Origin: Alphaproteobacteria bacterium
GTDB taxonomy: Bacteria; Pseudomonadota; Alphaproteobacteria; JAAXGF01
Reading direction: 5' to 3'
Length of the DNA stretch: 31,044 bases
Assembly (NCBI GenBank): GCA_012267605.1
Contig: JAAXGF010000054.1
Span: 1 to 31,044 of the forward strand
The position numbers and the translations under genes are program-made. This document shows positions 28,203-31,044 of the stretch, one piece after another (positions within the stretch are counted from its first letter, which is position 1; each line of letters begins with the position of its first letter). The notes under the pieces were generated by a model. It saw only the letters and a program-made list of their open reading frames with translations. It was not told the origin of the DNA and did not search any database.

Positions 28203-29345
28203 CTAGAAAGCGTATTGCCAGCCGAGCGTGATGATTACTTCGCGGGTCATTTGCGGACCGTTCAGGTTCTCGTACATCGGCGCGCCGATCTCGAGAGCAA
28301 GACGTTGACCGCGAATCGCTCCACTCTGGCCCATGAAGTTGAGCCCACCGTGGATGAATACGCGCTCGCCGCCGTAATTATCGGGGTCGGCAGTTTGTAT
28401 TGGAGCACGAATTTGGTCATCCTCACCGTCGATGCGGCCTTCGGTCTCGAAGGCCAAGCGAAGCGATGAGCTCATCCACGGAAACCACGAGTATTGACCC
28501 CACGCCGTTACTCTATGGATGTCGCCGAAGTTGTAGCCCTCGTCGTTGTCCTCGGTGCGAATCTCGCTCGTCCATTGGGCGCCCCAGGTCCAGTCTTCGT
28601 ATTTTCCGTTGTAGGTTAGGCCTGGATGCAGGTCGAAACTTCCTGAGCCGCTTTGCATGGCGTAGGGCACGCGAAGCGTTGGCGCCGTATTGTGGGGGGC
28701 GAGGACGCGCGCCTCATTTTCGATGTCAGCCGTCGGCAGCCCCACCACAGCGTTGAAGTGAATTTTGTGTGTGCCATCGTTATACAGCTTGATCAGACCG
28801 CCGATCTTGGTATTGGCAAAACCTTTCGTCACGGTCGTAAATGTTCCTAGTCGGTTGGTGCCGGCCCCACCCTGGAACGTAATGTGGTCCATCTCTTTTC
28901 GCACGTACATTCCCATGGCCATTAGGGTCAGCCAATTAGTCGGTGCGTACATGGCGCCGAACATGTGCATTTCCATGTTCATGTCTGTTGGAACAACCCG
29001 GAAGGTCGCTGGCGGAGCATTTGGGTTGGCCACATTTGCCGCGATGAAATCTGGTGAAACCTCTTCGCGTCCTATTTGGTTCCTGCCCATGTCCATGAAC
29101 ATGTAACGGTAAGACAGCATAAGCTCGCCTTCACCGTGCATGTGGTCACCCATCACGCCGATTGGCGCATGGCCAGCCGCGTTGAGTTTGCCGAGTCCGC
29201 CTCGAGTGAATTTAACGCCGAAATAGCGCGGCACATCACTATCGTCGCCGCCATGATCTCCGTCGGCATAAACCATCGTGGGCAACGAAATAGTTACCGC
29301 GGCGCAAACAGCAAGGATTGCGAACCAAGTTCTAGAAGTCTTCAT
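28203..29345 (-). CDS. Outer-membrane beta-barrel 'transporter'-type protein with His/Met-rich N-terminal region (candidate copper/metal uptake)
   Basis: Signal peptide ending VYA, HAPIGVMGDHMHGEGE, YRYMFMDM, MNMEMHMFGAMY, C-terminal LGWQYAF beta-signal; strong SD GAGGAGG at 29360-29354. Confidence 0.72.
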   Translation of the reverse strand: MKTSRTWFAILAVCAAVTISLPTMVYADGDHGGDDSDVPRYFGVKFTRGGLGKLNAAGHAPIGVMGDHMHGEGELMLSYRYMFMDMGRNQIGREEVSPDFIAANVANPNAPPATFRVVPTDMNMEMHMFGAMYAPTNWLTLMAMGMYVRKEMDHITFQGGAGTNRLGTFTTVTKGFANTKIGGLIKLYNDGTHKIHFNAVVGLPTADIENEARVLAPHNTAPTLRVPYAMQSGSGSFDLHPGLTYNGKYEDWTWGAQWTSEIRTEDNDEGYNFGDIHRVTAWGQYSWFPWMSSSLRLAFETEGRIDGEDDQIRAPIQTADPDNYGGERVFIHGGLNFMGQSGAIRGQRLALEIGAPMYENLNGPQMTREVIITLGWQYAF

Positions 29346-29659
29346 AATTTCATCCTCCTCGCAGCGATCCGCCCCGCTGTGAAAAGAGTTGCGGATCGAG
29401 CTAGATCGAAACCAAAATATCCGTTTGAGCGATGAGACACGGGCGTCCCCGCCCGCTTAGGTCGGGTAGGCGAAAACTGAGCAGAATCTTTCCCGCATCG
29501 CGATGACCGTGGTCATTCACGTCGATCTCAGAACTATTATTTGAAAGTTCTGGAAACGTTTGAACCTAACGACCCCGGGCGTCCCCAATTCCCCAAACGA
29601 CCCCCGCGGTCAGCTATGCCGCACACAGCAACACAACCTGAGCCAACAGGGGCGTAAGA

Positions 29660-30076
29660 TTAATTTGTTAAGTTTCGGGGCGGTGCTCTGGCTCGAAAGG
29701 GGCGGTGCTCGGTCTGCGAAAATCCGCCTTCATAAAGCTCCATGTACGCCGCCAACTCGACCAAGATGGGAATCTTGAACAGGACGACGTTTGCCGGAAT
29801 GATCTTTCCGACCGGGTGGAGGGAGAAGCAGATCGGGCAGTGAGGGCACGACCAGTCTTCCGAGTCCGGTACCTCGGAGCCGATGCGCAGCGGTACGAAT
29901 TCGATACCGTGGGATGAGCATATCGGAACCAGGATTTCTTGACCCATGCCAGCCGCGGGAGCAGCGCGTGCCGGCTGGAAAACCAAGGGAACGACAAACT
30001 GCGTGAGCAGCGCAGCGATCGCTAGCCAAGTGGCGGCGGGCCGTACCCTCTTTCTATGCGGTCGAAAGCCAAACAC
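29660..30076 (-). CDS. DUF2946-family (CruR-like) leader protein with TM segment, CxxC and C-terminal RAPP
   Basis: GTG 30076 start assumed. AATWLAIAALLTQFVVPLVF (TM), PICSSHG, CPHCPIC, ending FRARAPPRNLTN*. Confidence 0.8.
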   Translation of the reverse strand: MFGFRPHRKRVRPAATWLAIAALLTQFVVPLVFQPARAAPAAGMGQEILVPICSSHGIEFVPLRIGSEVPDSEDWSCPHCPICFSLHPVGKIIPANVVLFKIPILVELAAYMELYEGGFSQTEHRPFRARAPPRNLTN

Positions 30077-30276
30077 CTTCGATTTGGTGCCTCCGTTTCG
30101 GCGGAATGACCGATTCACTCCAGCGTAGGGGCGCGTTTGTATCACAGGAGCACCAGGACGCAAAATGGATCTGATTGGTCGTGCCAACCTCCGCCATTCG
30201 ACCCGCGTCATCATGGCCCACCAATTTCTTTCCCTAAGATGTCGGGGGCTCTGGGCTTACTCGATCAAATTGATAA

Positions 30277-30933
30277 TCATGGTAAATGCGGACAAGGTTT
30301 GTTTTCGAATGACTCGGAAAAACAGTCCTTTAAGGCCGCGTCAACCTCGTCCATCGAAACCTGGATGCCGAGTTCGTGTAAGGAGGTAACTCCGTGATCG
30401 CGGATGCCGCAGGGGATTATCCCCCCATAGGCCGATAGGTCCGGGTTCACGTTCAGCGAGGCACCGTGGTAACTCACCCAATGGCGCAGGCGCACGCCGA
30501 TTGCCCCAATTTTGTCCTCACGTCCGTCGCGGCGTACGACCCACACGCCAACTCGACCTGCACGGAATTCCGCTGAGACGCCGAAGCGAGCCAAGGTGCG
30601 AATTAGCCAGTCCTGGAGACGGTCAACATGTCGGCGTACGTCGCGGCCTCGATGCGATAGGTCGAGGAGGACGTATGCCACGCGTTGGCCGGGGCCGTGA
30701 TAGGTGTAGGCGCCGCCCCGTCCAGTCGGCACAACAGGGATATTCCCGGAGGCCACAAGATCTTCTGGTTGCGCACTCGTACCCGCAGTATAGATGGGCG
30801 GATGTTCCAGCAACCAGACAAGTTCACGCGTTGTGCCGGCACGAATGCCGGCAACGCGGGATTCCATGGTTCGCACAGCCTCATCATACGCCACAGAGTG
30901 TTTGTCGATTTTCCATTCAACACCGTTCGTCAT
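30277..30933 (-). CDS. lipB: Lipoyl(octanoyl) transferase
   Basis: [52 protein letters not shown]. Confidence 0.97.
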   Translation of the reverse strand: MTNGVEWKIDKHSVAYDEAVRTMESRVAGIRAGTTRELVWLLEHPPIYTAGTSAQPEDLVASGNIPVVPTGRGGAYTYHGPGQRVAYVLLDLSHRGRDVRRHVDRLQDWLIRTLARFGVSAEFRAGRVGVWVVRRDGREDKIGAIGVRLRHWVSYHGASLNVNPDLSAYGGIIPCGIRDHGVTSLHELGIQVSMDEVDAALKDCFSESFENKPCPHLP

Positions 30934-31004
30934 AAATCTGACGCTAACACACGCGCTTGCGGAAGGAAGGTAGATTTGCTATCCCGAATACGACTGATTC
31001 CCTC

Positions 31005-31044
31005 GCGGTCGTGGCGGAAATGGTAGACGCGCAGCGTTGAGGTC
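31005..31044 (+). tRNA. tRNA-Leu (GAG), 5' part only (truncated by window end)
   Basis: GCGGTCG-TG-GCGGAAATGGTAGACGC-GCAGCG-TTGAGGT-C: acceptor strand, D-arm with TGG, anticodon loop TT-GAG-GT; divergent from lipB. Confidence 0.9.

Noticed and set aside
29346-29659. Cobalamin riboswitch
   Set aside because: Fragments such as GCGGGAA and CCGCAACT occur, but I could not find the ordered B12-box and conserved core. An Rfam scan would settle it.
7750-31044. tRNA-anchored genomic island
   Set aside because: No integrase, transposase or att repeat is visible; the tRNA 3' end faces out of the window; and lipB beside tRNA-Leu is a common core arrangement. A GC or codon-usage scan was not run.

Overview
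Chromosomal window from an alphaproteobacterium (Rhodospirillales-like gene content and order; lineage inferred, not proven). It has five blocks. (1) 1-7327, minus strand: core genes rpsM-rpsK-rpoA-rplQ-rarA-RluA-HAD-ATP12-pccB, driven by a perfect-consensus sigma70 promoter. (2) 7556-14711, plus strand: a divergent envelope-glycan cassette (MarR-type wHTH, RfaH-like NusG paralog, two GT4 glycosyltransferases, AsnB-like amidotransferase, polysaccharide deacetylase). It carries a 17-bp-periodic triple palindrome just after its predicted promoter and an ops-like element before the first enzyme. (3) 15436-28162: a bacterial sphingolipid/phosphosphingolipid cluster (SPT, ACP, ceramide-reductase-like SDR, fatty acyl-AMP ligase, DAG/ceramide kinase, Tam41-like cytidylyltransferase, CDP-alcohol phosphotransferase, HIT hydrolase) with its own MsbA-like ABC exporter and LptF/LptG paralogs. 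No ceramide synthase is visible. (4) 28203-30076: a DUF2946/CruR-like leader with CxxC and a C-terminal RAPP arrest motif, upstream of a Met/His-rich outer-membrane barrel; this is a candidate copper-sensing ribosome-stalling switch. (5) lipB and a tRNA-Leu(GAG) truncated by the window end. All calls come from motif recognition by eye; no database searches were run.
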